Virus record (IMG/VR): IMGVR_UViG_3300035232_000453
Strand: one strand, 5' to 3'
Length of the DNA stretch: 64,000 nt
Origin: a virus
The notes below the pieces were generated by a model, which ran no database searches, had not been told where the DNA came from, and saw only the letters and a list, made by a program, of their open reading frames with translations. The translations under genes and the position numbers were made by a program. Shown piece by piece: positions 48,454 to 59,191 of the stretch (the first letter of the stretch is position 1; each line of letters begins with the position of its first letter).

Positions 48454-49200
48454 ATGAATAAATTAAATCCCCTTGTATGGGAAAATAGACACACAACAAG
48501 ATTATTTTCAGACACAGGTCCAATACCAGATGAAGATGTCGAATATTTAGCAACAGTAATAAATCACGTTCCTACTCAATGTAGTATTAAATCTCATTTT
48601 TGGATGTATTTAGGCCAAGGCGATGAAGACATGAAGATGCGTACATGGCTAGCTGATAATATATATTACATGACTAATAAGGAAGAACACGGTGATGACA
48701 AAGAACACATGCTTGCAGTTGTACAAGCACCAGCAGTACTTGTATGTGTTAGAACTTCAACACCTTGGGCTAATCCAGAAGAAGGAAAATCAGCAGAAGA
48801 TCAAAATCATTTAGCAGATAGAAGTGAAGGCTTTGTTGCCGGAGCAATACTTTCTACATTATTAAATATGGGATACAGCGTTGCAACATTTGGATGTACA
48901 CATGGAATGCATGCAGAAGGAAATGGTCGAGAAAAATGTGAAACATTTACAAAAATGATCAAAGAAAGATTTGGAACTGAACTAGAAAATATGATTAACA
49001 CATATCCAGGAAAGCAAGGCAATTGGGATGATATTAGTTTTTTCCCAGGTCTTACTAATAGTTTTGGCCCAGAGGCAATAGATAGCCTAGCGCCAACAGA
49101 AGGTGAACTGGAAACATGGGTTAGTAAAGCAGGCAAAGAATATAAATTTATAAACGGAACAAAATTACGTACACCAGTTGATTCAACTGTTGGATTTTAA
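48454..49200 (+). CDS. Nitroreductase-family flavoprotein
   Basis: N-terminal NRHTTRLF...IP, downstream HVPTQCS, QAPAVL, GYSVATFGC. Confidence 0.6.
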   Translation: MNKLNPLVWENRHTTRLFSDTGPIPDEDVEYLATVINHVPTQCSIKSHFWMYLGQGDEDMKMRTWLADNIYYMTNKEEHGDDKEHMLAVVQAPAVLVCVRTSTPWANPEEGKSAEDQNHLADRSEGFVAGAILSTLLNMGYSVATFGCTHGMHAEGNGREKCETFTKMIKERFGTELENMINTYPGKQGNWDDISFFPGLTNSFGPEAIDSLAPTEGELETWVSKAGKEYKFINGTKLRTPVDSTVGF

Positions 49201-49209
49201 GGAGACACT

Positions 49210-50196
49210 ATGAGTAGTATGGAAAGTATTAATGAATTTGATATAGTGTTCATTAGCTATGATGAACCAAATGCAGATGAAAACTATAACGATTTAATTA
49301 ATAAAGCACCGTGGGCAAAGAGAAGCCACGGTGTGTTTGGCAGTGATGCAGCACATAAGGCAGCAGCCGACCTAGCAGAAACAGATAGATTTATTACTAT
49401 TGATGCAGACAACATTGTCAAGGATGATTTCTTTGGTGTTGAAGTAGACATGAGTAAAATAAAAAACACAGATGTTATTAGTTGGGCTGGAAAAAATACA
49501 GTGAACGGATTAGTATACGGAAACGGAGGCATTAAGTGTTGGCCAAAAGAAGTAGTATATGGAATGCAAACACATGAGAATGCACCAGCGGGCGACAAGC
49601 GAGCCCAAGTAGACTTCTGTTGGAATATCAACTATGTGCAAATGAATAACATATATTGCGATGTAATGAATAATGCGAGTCCACTACAAGCCTGGCGTGC
49701 AGGTTTCCGTGAAGGAGTTAAGATGGGATTAGTTGACGGAGACGTTATCGATCCATTACAACTAAAAGAAAAAGTACACGATAAGAACTACAAGCGACTG
49801 CTTACTTGGATGAGTGTTGGTGACGACAGTGAGAATGGACTGTGGGCAATATACGGTGCAAGACTTGGGTGCCACATGACAAACATTGGTAGAGAAGATT
49901 GGGACTGGAGAAATGTTCGAGACTTTGATTGGCTTACAAAATATTATAAAGAAAATGTATTACCTAACTTTGAGGCTGACAGTGATCAGTTATGTTCACG
50001 TACAGGTATGCGTTGGAATTACGACACACTACAAAACGAAAGTAACAGACTTGGTTACGATTTAAGATCTAAATTAGATTTAGAAATTGCAGACTTAGGA
50101 AAAGAAGGATCTAGATTTTTTAAGAAAGTATATATTAATCCAAGCCGCATGGGAGCTCAAATTAGAGAAGACCAGGTTGAGGATACATTAGAATAA
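49210..50196 (+). CDS. Glycosyltransferase-like protein (GT2/GT-A)
   Basis: FISYDEPNA, AHKAAA, FITIDADN (DxD), NGLVYGNGG, AWRAGFREGVK. Confidence 0.7.
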   Translation: MSSMESINEFDIVFISYDEPNADENYNDLINKAPWAKRSHGVFGSDAAHKAAADLAETDRFITIDADNIVKDDFFGVEVDMSKIKNTDVISWAGKNTVNGLVYGNGGIKCWPKEVVYGMQTHENAPAGDKRAQVDFCWNINYVQMNNIYCDVMNNASPLQAWRAGFREGVKMGLVDGDVIDPLQLKEKVHDKNYKRLLTWMSVGDDSENGLWAIYGARLGCHMTNIGREDWDWRNVRDFDWLTKYYKENVLPNFEADSDQLCSRTGMRWNYDTLQNESNRLGYDLRSKLDLEIADLGKEGSRFFKKVYINPSRMGAQIREDQVEDTLE

Positions 50197-50199
50197 GAT

Positions 50200-51204
50200 A
50201 TGGCATTAGGTGAACAAGGCTTCTATAATATACTTGACCATCATCACAAAGAAGCAAGTGATTGGGTTGTAGTAAATTGGAACTTGGGAAATATGTGCAA
50301 CTACAGTTGTTCGTATTGTCCTAGCATACTCAACGACGGCAGCTTTGGTTGGAATGATTTTACAGTAGTTCAAGGATTCATTGACGCTACTGCTAAACAC
50401 TATGCACCACGTAAAGTTTACTTTGAGTTCACTGGTGGCGAAGTTACACTATGGAAAGACTTTATTAAAGCTGTACAATACATTAAAGATATTGGACATG
50501 ACGTAGGATTTATCAGCAACGGTAGTAGAACATTACGCTGGTGGGAAAAGAATAAAGATAACTTTGATCATGTGTGTTTAAGTTTTCATCCTGAGCATGC
50601 AGATGCTGAGCACTTCTTTGAAGTAGTAAAGATAATGGCAGGCTACTGTCGTACACACGTAAATGTAATGGGTCACACTGATCCAGAATTATTCAACAAA
50701 GGTATTGCATTAAGTGAGAAGCTATGTATGGAAGTAGAAAACATCAGCATGGCATTCCAGCCTTTGGTAATAGACTTTGGTGAAGTACGTTTCCCATACA
50801 CAGATGAACAACAAAAGATATTTGATGATCAATGGAAGTTGTATGGTAGCAAAATAAAACACACAAAAGAATTTAAGTTATACAGAGGCAGCATGGATAT
50901 GCACGACACTGTTAACGCATTATCACAAAACAGTTCCGCACATAGATTTATTGCAGACAACAATAACAACTGGAAAGGTTGGGATTGCTGGGCAGGCATC
51001 GAACAGTTCATTGTGGACTTTGACGGTACAGTATGGAGAGGTTGGTGCAGGGTAGGAGGAACATTTGGTAATATACACGAACCAGATAAAATTAAATTTC
51101 CTACCAAGCCAGTAGCATGTAATAAGAGTTACTGTCATTGTAACTTTGATATTATGTGTAAAAAAGTATTGCCAGAACATAGATATGAGGTTATTGAAGA
51201 ATAA
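50200..51204 (+). CDS. Radical SAM enzyme with a C-terminal SPASM/twitch-like domain
   Basis: CNYSCSYC, TGGEVT, SNG, SFH; C-terminal CWAG...DG...C...C.K..C.C. Confidence 0.9.
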   Translation: MALGEQGFYNILDHHHKEASDWVVVNWNLGNMCNYSCSYCPSILNDGSFGWNDFTVVQGFIDATAKHYAPRKVYFEFTGGEVTLWKDFIKAVQYIKDIGHDVGFISNGSRTLRWWEKNKDNFDHVCLSFHPEHADAEHFFEVVKIMAGYCRTHVNVMGHTDPELFNKGIALSEKLCMEVENISMAFQPLVIDFGEVRFPYTDEQQKIFDDQWKLYGSKIKHTKEFKLYRGSMDMHDTVNALSQNSSAHRFIADNNNNWKGWDCWAGIEQFIVDFDGTVWRGWCRVGGTFGNIHEPDKIKFPTKPVACNKSYCHCNFDIMCKKVLPEHRYEVIEE

Positions 51205-52571
51205 TGAATGAAAATATACCATTACATAAAAAGGGAACATTTTGTGTTAAACCTTTTTTACAAAGTGCTATTACCAGCAACGGTATGTACCGAGTTTGTT
51301 GTGAGTGTGTGTTTGGCAAAAAAACTGGACCAGAGTATAACTTTGGAAAACTTATTAGGCCAAACGGCGAAACATATAATGCTAATAACAGTACAATACA
51401 AGAGACTAGGAATGCTCCTTTACTAAAAGAGATTCGAGCAAGTATGTTAAAAGGTGAGCAACATCCCGAATGTAGACAATGCTGGGAAACTGAAAAGCTA
51501 GGACTAGATAGTCTAAGAACATATATGAATAAAGAGTATGTTGGCGACATAGAAATGTGTAAAGAAAATACACTCGATGATGGTACTATTGATATTGCAC
51601 AAGTACCTTTAAAATATTTTGATATAAGACTAGGAAACAAATGTAATCAAAAATGCAGAATGTGTGGACCGGGCGATAGTAGTTTATGGCTAGATGACTG
51701 GGTTAAAATGGGTAATGCTAAAATAGATTTCTATGACGACAAGTACGACATTACCAAAGACGGAGAAAAATATTCTAGTATGATTGGTGACTGGAATAAA
51801 GAACCATTTGTAGCACAACTAAAAGACAATATGCATAACATTGATCGCATATACATGACAGGTGGCGAGCCTACAGTTATTAAAGAGTATTGGAATATTT
51901 TACAATATGCTATAGACAATGATTATGCAAAAAATATTAATTTAGAATACAACAGTAACATGTTTGTTATTCCACGCAATGCATGGGATATATGGAGCAA
52001 GTTCAAACGTGTCAGAATGACAATGAGTATTGATGGGTTAGGCGATGTACAAGATTATATTAGATTTCCAAGCAAGTGGCCAATCATTGAGCGTAACATT
52101 AATAAATTTTATGAACTTTCAAAAAAGTATACGAACATCTCGGCTACAATTGCACCAACTATTACAATATACAATGTAATGCAAATACCAGATATGGTAA
52201 AGTGGTACACTAACAGGTTTAGTACATTTGACTCAGTAATGGCTTTACATATATGTCATGGGCCTAGATTCTTAACAGTTCAAAATTATCCTAAAGCACA
52301 CAAGCAAAAAATTGTAGACAAGTACAATGAACTATTTGATTGGTGTAATAAAAATTTAGAAATTGGATTAGCACAACATATTATAAAAAAATATCAAGGA
52401 GTAATTGATTTTGCACTAGCAGATGATATTGAAACAGAAGTAACAGATGGTAAAGAGTGGACTAACAAAGATAGCTTCCTACAACATACACAAAAACTAG
52501 ACAGTATTAGAAATCAAACGTTAGAAGCTAACATACCTGATTTATACGAGGCAATAAAAGATTATGAGTAA
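51204..52571 (+). CDS. Radical SAM enzyme with an N-terminal twitch-like Cys domain
   Basis: FCVKPF...CC...CRQCW; CNQKCRMC; TGGEP; SIDG. Confidence 0.9.
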   Translation: MNENIPLHKKGTFCVKPFLQSAITSNGMYRVCCECVFGKKTGPEYNFGKLIRPNGETYNANNSTIQETRNAPLLKEIRASMLKGEQHPECRQCWETEKLGLDSLRTYMNKEYVGDIEMCKENTLDDGTIDIAQVPLKYFDIRLGNKCNQKCRMCGPGDSSLWLDDWVKMGNAKIDFYDDKYDITKDGEKYSSMIGDWNKEPFVAQLKDNMHNIDRIYMTGGEPTVIKEYWNILQYAIDNDYAKNINLEYNSNMFVIPRNAWDIWSKFKRVRMTMSIDGLGDVQDYIRFPSKWPIIERNINKFYELSKKYTNISATIAPTITIYNVMQIPDMVKWYTNRFSTFDSVMALHICHGPRFLTVQNYPKAHKQKIVDKYNELFDWCNKNLEIGLAQHIIKKYQGVIDFALADDIETEVTDGKEWTNKDSFLQHTQKLDSIRNQTLEANIPDLYEAIKDYE

Positions 52572-54024
52572 CCATAAGCGTTCTTTGTGTACACACCGTT
52601 GGGGATATAGTGTAATTGATTTTGGAAAGAATCAAGCAAGAACTTGTTGCAGAACAAAACTAAAAGATCAAGATGTCAGTCAATTATCAAATCTTAAAGA
52701 AGATTACTTTCTTAATGATTCATATCAGCTTGAGCGTAGATTAGAAATGCTCAAAGGACAAAGACATTCTAGTTGCGAAACATGTTGGTTACTAGAAGAC
52801 CAAGGCGTACAGAGTCCAAGAATATATAATGCTCCTACTGGATGGGATATACAAGATGATAAAGTTATAAACAAACTTACATTAGAGGAAACACTAATTA
52901 AAGATATTACTATAGAACATCCAATACTTCGAAGCACAAAGCCATACATGTTAGAAGTAAATCTTAGTAATCATTGTGACATGAGTTGTTTATATTGTAG
53001 TCCATACTTTAGTAGTACTTGGGCAAATGCAAATACTGATCTATGGGCAATGGGTATTAATCCTGATTGGGACTTTACTAAGGACGAACACAATAAATTA
53101 AAAGTACAAGTAAATGATCAAAATTTAGAAAACTTTAACAGTGAGTTTTGGAAATGGTTGAATACTAATTTATCACAATCAGATGATCCTAATCATCATC
53201 TTCGGTTGGGTATATTAGGTGGCGAGCCAATAAATAATCCTAGGCTACCTCAGTTCCTTGATAACTTGTGTAATATAATGGAAAGCATTCCCGTTGACAA
53301 ACGACCACACAGTGGATATTGGGATCATGCTAATAAAAAATCATTTCACCCAGGTAAGCCACTGCTTTGGTTTGTTACAAATGGAAATACTAGAGAAGCT
53401 TATTTTAAAAAGTTTATAGATAGATTGCCAAGGCTATGTGAACTTTTTACTGTAGAAATTAGTGTAAGTATTGAGTCTTATAAAGAACGTGCAGAATATA
53501 TTAGAATGAATCTAGTGTGGGATAGATTTGAAAAGAACATTAGAGAATATCTAAAATTAGATCTTCCTGACTTGCAAATAGGATTTCAAACTAGTATAAA
53601 CAATTTATGCATAAGCAGTATGCCTGATTTCTTACGCTGGTGTGTTGAGCTATATGATACATATGGTAAACCTTTATTTTTAAAACCCAATGTTGTTAAT
53701 GACCCAGACCATTATAGAGTTGAAATGCTGCCAGCTAGTTATATGAATTATATCAATGAGAGTATAAACATTCTCAAGACTAGAACCCCACAGGATATAA
53801 ATGATCCATATGCAACATGGCCTGCATATATTAATTTCTTGTCAACTATTAAGTGTACGCAAACAGGAACAACATTACAATATGAAAAATTATGTAAGTT
53901 TATAAACAATCTTGATTTGAGAAAAAATACTGATTGCAGAAATATTTTTCCAGAGATGTCGGAGTTTTGGAATATAGTACAAGAAACATCAAACGCTAAG
54001 TGGGAGGAGATACATAACATATGA
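52564..54024 (+). CDS. Radical SAM enzyme with an N-terminal twitch-like Cys domain
   Basis: LC..RW...CC...CETCW; CDMSCLYC; LGGEP; TNG. Confidence 0.9.
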   Translation: MSNHKRSLCTHRWGYSVIDFGKNQARTCCRTKLKDQDVSQLSNLKEDYFLNDSYQLERRLEMLKGQRHSSCETCWLLEDQGVQSPRIYNAPTGWDIQDDKVINKLTLEETLIKDITIEHPILRSTKPYMLEVNLSNHCDMSCLYCSPYFSSTWANANTDLWAMGINPDWDFTKDEHNKLKVQVNDQNLENFNSEFWKWLNTNLSQSDDPNHHLRLGILGGEPINNPRLPQFLDNLCNIMESIPVDKRPHSGYWDHANKKSFHPGKPLLWFVTNGNTREAYFKKFIDRLPRLCELFTVEISVSIESYKERAEYIRMNLVWDRFEKNIREYLKLDLPDLQIGFQTSINNLCISSMPDFLRWCVELYDTYGKPLFLKPNVVNDPDHYRVEMLPASYMNYINESINILKTRTPQDINDPYATWPAYINFLSTIKCTQTGTTLQYEKLCKFINNLDLRKNTDCRNIFPEMSEFWNIVQETSNAKWEEIHNI

Positions 54025-55169
54025 TAGATAATGATTTTACAGTTGGTCGCCCAGTTCGTGTTTATGATGGACAAAGACACTTTAGTGATTTAAGTACAGA
54101 AGAAGTTGTTGCAAAGCGTATTAATAATTTTTCAGGATGGAAGTGTGGAGCCGGCGTTGAAAATATTAATATCGACTTTGATGGATATGTACAGTTAGCT
54201 AGTTGTGGTGCTGGAACTAAGATTAATAAAGTCTTTACAGGAACACTAGGCAATGTGTATGACGGTTATCTTGTTATACCCGACCAATGGATAGATTGTA
54301 ATATCTCAGCTTGCAGTTGTGGATCTGATATATTCATTCCCAAATACAATCCAAAAATAGGAAACAAAGAATATCTTCTTAAATTAAAGCAACAGCCAGC
54401 AGATCAAAAATATAATCTTGGACCGAATGCGTTGGGAAATAATAATAATGCAGCAGTAGAAAGAACACACCTAGGTGGGTACAAGCAAGTGTTCTGGGAA
54501 CTAGGCAGACGTTGTAACTTTAACTGTAGTTATTGTCCAAGTGAAGTACATAACAATACTGAAAAAAAGAAAAATTGGGATCAGTTAAATGATGCATATC
54601 AACTAATTAAACAAAAATTTCTTTTGGATGGCAAGGCAAATTTTGTTGTAAGCGGAGGGGAACCAACTGTACACAAACACTATATAGAGTTTGCAAAAAT
54701 GATTTATGATGATGGACACAAACTAAGTACGCACAGTAATGGTAGCAGATTGCCTGCATATTATAGAGAGCTAGTTCGCTACAGTGACTTAAACATTAGT
54801 ATACATTTTGAATACATAGATAGATACGAAGAAAAGATATCTAATATAATAGATGGCATATGTAAAGAAAAACAAGAACGAGATGCTCAAGGATTGCATA
54901 GAGGTCACATGGAAGTTTACTTTATGGTAATGCCTGGCAGGATGGACGAAGCAATACAACTAGAAAAAGATATTATAAATGCATGCCCGGAATTTTTAAA
55001 TTATTGTACACATACATTTATGCCGTTGCGAACAAACGAATTAATACAACAAGCAAAGCAAGGTATTAAAAAAGATAGGCAAGGTAATACATTGCTAATA
55101 GATTATACAACTGACGAGATGATACAGATGGGAAGTAGAACAGAACGGTGCAAAAATGAGTACCAATAA
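54021..55169 (+). CDS. Radical SAM enzyme with an N-terminal SPASM-like domain
   Basis: N-terminal GWKCGAG...DFDG...C...C...CSC; CNFNCSYC; SGGEP; SNGSR. Confidence 0.9.
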   Translation: MIDNDFTVGRPVRVYDGQRHFSDLSTEEVVAKRINNFSGWKCGAGVENINIDFDGYVQLASCGAGTKINKVFTGTLGNVYDGYLVIPDQWIDCNISACSCGSDIFIPKYNPKIGNKEYLLKLKQQPADQKYNLGPNALGNNNNAAVERTHLGGYKQVFWELGRRCNFNCSYCPSEVHNNTEKKKNWDQLNDAYQLIKQKFLLDGKANFVVSGGEPTVHKHYIEFAKMIYDDGHKLSTHSNGSRLPAYYRELVRYSDLNISIHFEYIDRYEEKISNIIDGICKEKQERDAQGLHRGHMEVYFMVMPGRMDEAIQLEKDIINACPEFLNYCTHTFMPLRTNELIQQAKQGIKKDRQGNTLLIDYTTDEMIQMGSRTERCKNEYQ

Positions 55170-56376
55170 CTTTTGTAGTTTACCATGGACACAAATAGAA
55201 ATCCAAACTGATGGAACATATAGAGCGTGTTGTAGGCAAGTGGGTAAACAATATCACAATGACGACCAAGATGTGCTTAAATTTCCTGAAGCTGGATTTA
55301 AAGAAGCATGGGACAGTGATAGTTTACACGAACTAAGACGCAAATTCTTAAACAACGAGAAGCCAGCCGAATGTGCTAATTGTTGGAAAGAAGAAGCAGC
55401 TGGTATAGAAAGTCTACGATTAAATATGAGTAGAGAGCTTACCAACGAAGAACTTAACGATCCACACCCAACACTATTAGATTTAAAATTAGGAAGTCAT
55501 TGTAATATCAAATGTAGAATATGTAATCCTTATATAAGTAGTCAATGGACTACTGAAGCACATAAAGAAACCTCTAAGCAGTGGAACTTCTTTGATAAAA
55601 GTCTTGTTAAACATAAACGCAACGACAGTGTAATTACAGGAAACAAAGAAACACTAGATAAATGGTTACCAAATATAAAACAGATATGTGTGTATGGTGG
55701 AGAAACTTTTATGATTCCACCATTCTATGAACTACTAGATACATGCATAGAAAGTGGACACGCTGAACATATAGAATTAATATTTAATACCAATGGTACT
55801 TATTTTAAACAAGACGTAGCTGAAAAGTTAAATCATTTTAAAATGGTATTATTTCATTGGAGCATAGATGACATACACGAACGTTTTAATTATCAAAGAC
55901 ATCCAGCTAAATTTGATAATGTAATTGAAAATGTAAAACTTTGGAACAAGGCAATTAACAGAGATGTAATTAAAAACAAAGTATGGACTACAGTTAGTTT
56001 ATTAAATGTTGCTTATCTACCCGAGCTAGTAGAGTATTGGGATAAGAATTTAAGACAGTATATTGAATTAATTGATTTTGGTTATTGTCATGAGCCGCTT
56101 TATTATAATGTAAAGGCGTTGCCTAAACATACTAAGGATTGGATAACTGATAAACTATTGAATTCTAAGAGTATAGACATAGGCGATTGGGAGTATGCAA
56201 CGGATAAGAGTTGTAAAACTAATATAGATCATTTTGAAAAAATAACTGCGTTTATGAATAGTGAAGACTTGCATGATGAACATTGGGAAGACTTTGAAGA
56301 AGAATGCTCACGTGCTGACAAGTATCGCAAAGAAGACTTTGTAAGTACCTTTCCTGAACTGTGGTTAGAAATATAG
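55156..56376 (+). CDS. Radical SAM enzyme with an N-terminal twitch-like Cys domain
   Basis: FCSLPW...CC...CANCW; CNIKCRIC; YGGE; TNGT. Confidence 0.9.
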   Translation: MSTNNFCSLPWTQIEIQTDGTYRACCRQVGKQYHNDDQDVLKFPEAGFKEAWDSDSLHELRRKFLNNEKPAECANCWKEEAAGIESLRLNMSRELTNEELNDPHPTLLDLKLGSHCNIKCRICNPYISSQWTTEAHKETSKQWNFFDKSLVKHKRNDSVITGNKETLDKWLPNIKQICVYGGETFMIPPFYELLDTCIESGHAEHIELIFNTNGTYFKQDVAEKLNHFKMVLFHWSIDDIHERFNYQRHPAKFDNVIENVKLWNKAINRDVIKNKVWTTVSLLNVAYLPELVEYWDKNLRQYIELIDFGYCHEPLYYNVKALPKHTKDWITDKLLNSKSIDIGDWEYATDKSCKTNIDHFEKITAFMNSEDLHDEHWEDFEEECSRADKYRKEDFVSTFPELWLEI

Positions 56377-57879
56377 ATGGTTAATATTTTATTATGCAGT
56401 GTTCCATTAATGGACGTTGAAATGCCTGCTCCTGCTCCTTTTCATTTGAAAGGTCAGTTAACAGATAGTAACGTCATAGCAGAAGCAGTTGACACTAATG
56501 TAATCTTTTTTAATAGAGTAAAGGATCAATGGAACGATGTCATTGCTGCACTACTTAGTTCTCCAGACTATACTGTTGAAGCAGATGAACCAATTTTTGT
56601 TTTAATCAAAAGTGAATTAGAAAAAGTATTTCACGAACAGATAAAACTACACAACCCAACTTGGATAGGATTAAGTGTATTCACAAAAGTCAGTCGCTGG
56701 TGTACACAAATTGTATGTGAATATATAAAGAAACATTTTCCAGATGTAAAAATATTATTGGGTGGAGCCGGACTAGGATTAACATTGGGAGATTACACTG
56801 ATACGTTTGCTTCTGATCTTAAACAAAGAAATTTATGCGACGAATACATATTAGGTGAAGGAGAGATAAGTCTACAAAAGTTTTTTCAACATGTAAAATA
56901 TCCAGGCATAGCTAGCCAACCAGTACAGATAACAGACTTGAATGATGTGAAGTGGTCGGACTATAGTAGTGTTAACTGGAATCTTTATCCATTAAAGAGC
57001 AATGTTGGCCAAGGATCAACATTAGGTAGTATAGAAAATAAACATTATGTACTAACTGGAAGTAGAGGATGTGTTAGAAAATGCGATTTCTGTGATGTAT
57101 ATAAAATGTGGCCTAAGTATAGAAGTAGACGTGGTGAAGATATTGCAGAAGAAATGACACACCATTATAATCAAAGCAAAGTAAGACATTTTTATTTTAG
57201 TGATAGTTTGATCAATGGTAGTATGCGTGACTTTAGATCACTAAGTAAGACACTACTAGACAGTAAAGAGAATGGTACACTTGCAGAAGATATATATTGG
57301 GGCGGACAATTTATTGCAAGAACTAACGAACAAATGAACTTGGAAGATCTCAAACAGGCAAAACGTTCAGGCTTTGTGCATTGCAGTATTGGATTAGAGC
57401 ATGCTAGTGAACGCATAAGAGATTTCATGAACAAGAAAACTCCAGACGCTGCAGTATGGGATACTGTTGAAAACCTAGCAAAAGCTAATATTGTTACTGC
57501 ATATAACTTTATCATTGGACATCCTAGAGAAACTATAGAAGATTTAGAGTGTATTGTTAAGTGGCTACATGATTTTAAATGGGCAAGTGACGCAGGTCAT
57601 ATTGAAAAGATAAATTTACAAACAGGAATATATTTTTTAGAAGGTACTGATTTTTATACAAAGCGAGATAATCTAGTAGACTTTCAATATGGCGGCACAG
57701 AATTTTGGGTAAGTAAGTATGTACCCGATCTTAACTTTGCAGAAATATATAGAAGAAGAATGTATATAAGCGAAGTAGCAGAAAGTTTAGGTTATAGATT
57801 ACACGACGAAGATAGTTTAAAAAATTATATGAATCGAAAATTAAAAAGGTTTAAGGAACATGAAGAAAAGAATAGCTAA
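56377..57879 (+). CDS. Cobalamin-binding radical SAM enzyme (class B methyltransferase-like)
   Basis: N-terminal B12-binding-like WIGLSVF...ILLGG...GEGE; GSRGCVRKCDFC; FSDSLING; IGLE; IIGHPRET. Confidence 0.85.
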   Translation: MVNILLCSVPLMDVEMPAPAPFHLKGQLTDSNVIAEAVDTNVIFFNRVKDQWNDVIAALLSSPDYTVEADEPIFVLIKSELEKVFHEQIKLHNPTWIGLSVFTKVSRWCTQIVCEYIKKHFPDVKILLGGAGLGLTLGDYTDTFASDLKQRNLCDEYILGEGEISLQKFFQHVKYPGIASQPVQITDLNDVKWSDYSSVNWNLYPLKSNVGQGSTLGSIENKHYVLTGSRGCVRKCDFCDVYKMWPKYRSRRGEDIAEEMTHHYNQSKVRHFYFSDSLINGSMRDFRSLSKTLLDSKENGTLAEDIYWGGQFIARTNEQMNLEDLKQAKRSGFVHCSIGLEHASERIRDFMNKKTPDAAVWDTVENLAKANIVTAYNFIIGHPRETIEDLECIVKWLHDFKWASDAGHIEKINLQTGIYFLEGTDFYTKRDNLVDFQYGGTEFWVSKYVPDLNFAEIYRRRMYISEVAESLGYRLHDEDSLKNYMNRKLKRFKEHEEKNS

Positions 57880-57952
57880 AATAAAAGTGAAAATAAAATC
57901 CTTAATACGAAAGTTCCGAAATAGAAAAAAGCAAAGGCATATATATGAGTAA
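57860..57952 (+). CDS. 30-aa highly basic peptide MKKRIAKIKVKIKSLIRKFRNRKKQRHIYE (absent from the ORF track)
   Basis: AAGGA upstream; overlaps both neighbours; C-terminus similar to 62979-63086. Confidence 0.65.
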   Translation: MKKRIAKIKVKIKSLIRKFRNRKKQRHIYE

Positions 57953-58637
57953 TCTATTTGCAGTTGGTTGCAGTCATACTGAAGGATTTGAAATTACTGT
58001 CCCAAACACATTAAGTCCAATGGATTTAGAATTGCGATGGAGTAAGCGTCTTGCTGACCAATTAGGTATGCTAGAAATCAATAGCAGTAGAGGTGGAGCA
58101 GATTTAGAGATGGTTTCTGACTTTGCACTTGAATATATTCCTAAATTGACACCAGACGATATTTGTGTTATACTATGGCCAGAGCCTAGTAGACTAGTTG
58201 CTTATTTGCCTAACTATGACAATGAGTTTGGATTTTATGTAAACAGAATAAACAACTATACTAAAAAAGGATATATACCTGGCGAGGTAGAACTGTTTGG
58301 AGACACATACTTTGAACTTTTTAACAACAACTATAATATGGAAAAACGTTTTTATATGAATTATCTTTTAGTAGACAATGTTTACAGAAACAAAGGCATC
58401 AAGTTATTCCATAGCAGATACAGTACTGGCGCATATAAGCAACGTAATGTTTATAATTTTGGATATGCACAATCTCACTATCAACAAAATAAAAATGTAA
58501 TACCACATACATTTGTAGATTACTGTTTAGAAAAAGGATACGATCCACAAATAGATGGAAGAGATTATCACTTTACAGCAGATGCTCATAATGACTGGGC
58601 TAACTATGTTTATGAGGTTATTAAATGCAAGTCTTGA
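57945..58637 (+). CDS. SGNH/GDSL-like hydrolase or acyltransferase
   Basis: AVGCSHTEG (GxS block I), N...GG (block II), DGRDYHF...H. Confidence 0.65.
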   Translation: MSNLFAVGCSHTEGFEITVPNTLSPMDLELRWSKRLADQLGMLEINSSRGGADLEMVSDFALEYIPKLTPDDICVILWPEPSRLVAYLPNYDNEFGFYVNRINNYTKKGYIPGEVELFGDTYFELFNNNYNMEKRFYMNYLLVDNVYRNKGIKLFHSRYSTGAYKQRNVYNFGYAQSHYQQNKNVIPHTFVDYCLEKGYDPQIDGRDYHFTADAHNDWANYVYEVIKCKS

Positions 58638-59179
58638 TACCAATAACAGATACAAGCGATTTTTCAAAGATATTGCAAAACTCTTATATTTTAAAACATA
58701 ACTTTGCTTTTGTAATTGACAACGATATTAAACTTGCATACCGAGACTGGCAGTATCAAAACTATACTGCAATCAAAGAAAAGTTTAATGAGCCGTTGTA
58801 CGTATACGACTATGGTAACTTTAAAGACATAGGCGAATGTCATAGCTACCGAAAAGCATTTTATTACTTTAAAACATTTGGTAAATTTGTTGAGTCGAGT
58901 CCTGTAGTAATTACAAACATAGACTACGTTAAATATGCAGACACACTTGCAGAAGTAGTAGAAGAAGATCCAAACACACACGACGGTATATTACTAGACA
59001 ATGATTCAGCAATTGCATTTTATTGGTACATGGCAGGGAGATTTTGTCATGCAGTAGACGATAAAGATAAAAAGAATATAATACATTATAATCATTTAGA
59101 ACTATTAGAAACACTTGCTCGAGGCGAGCATTATGAATTATGGTCAAAAGACTATTCTGTAATTGAGTTAGAAAGATAA
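58625..59179 (+). CDS. Hypothetical protein
   Basis: 184-aa ORF coupled within the operon. Confidence 0.6.
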   Translation: MQVLIPITDTSDFSKILQNSYILKHNFAFVIDNDIKLAYRDWQYQNYTAIKEKFNEPLYVYDYGNFKDIGECHSYRKAFYYFKTFGKFVESSPVVITNIDYVKYADTLAEVVEEDPNTHDGILLDNDSAIAFYWYMAGRFCHAVDDKDKKNIIHYNHLELLETLARGEHYELWSKDYSVIELER

Positions 59180-59191
59180 AGGAAGTATAAC

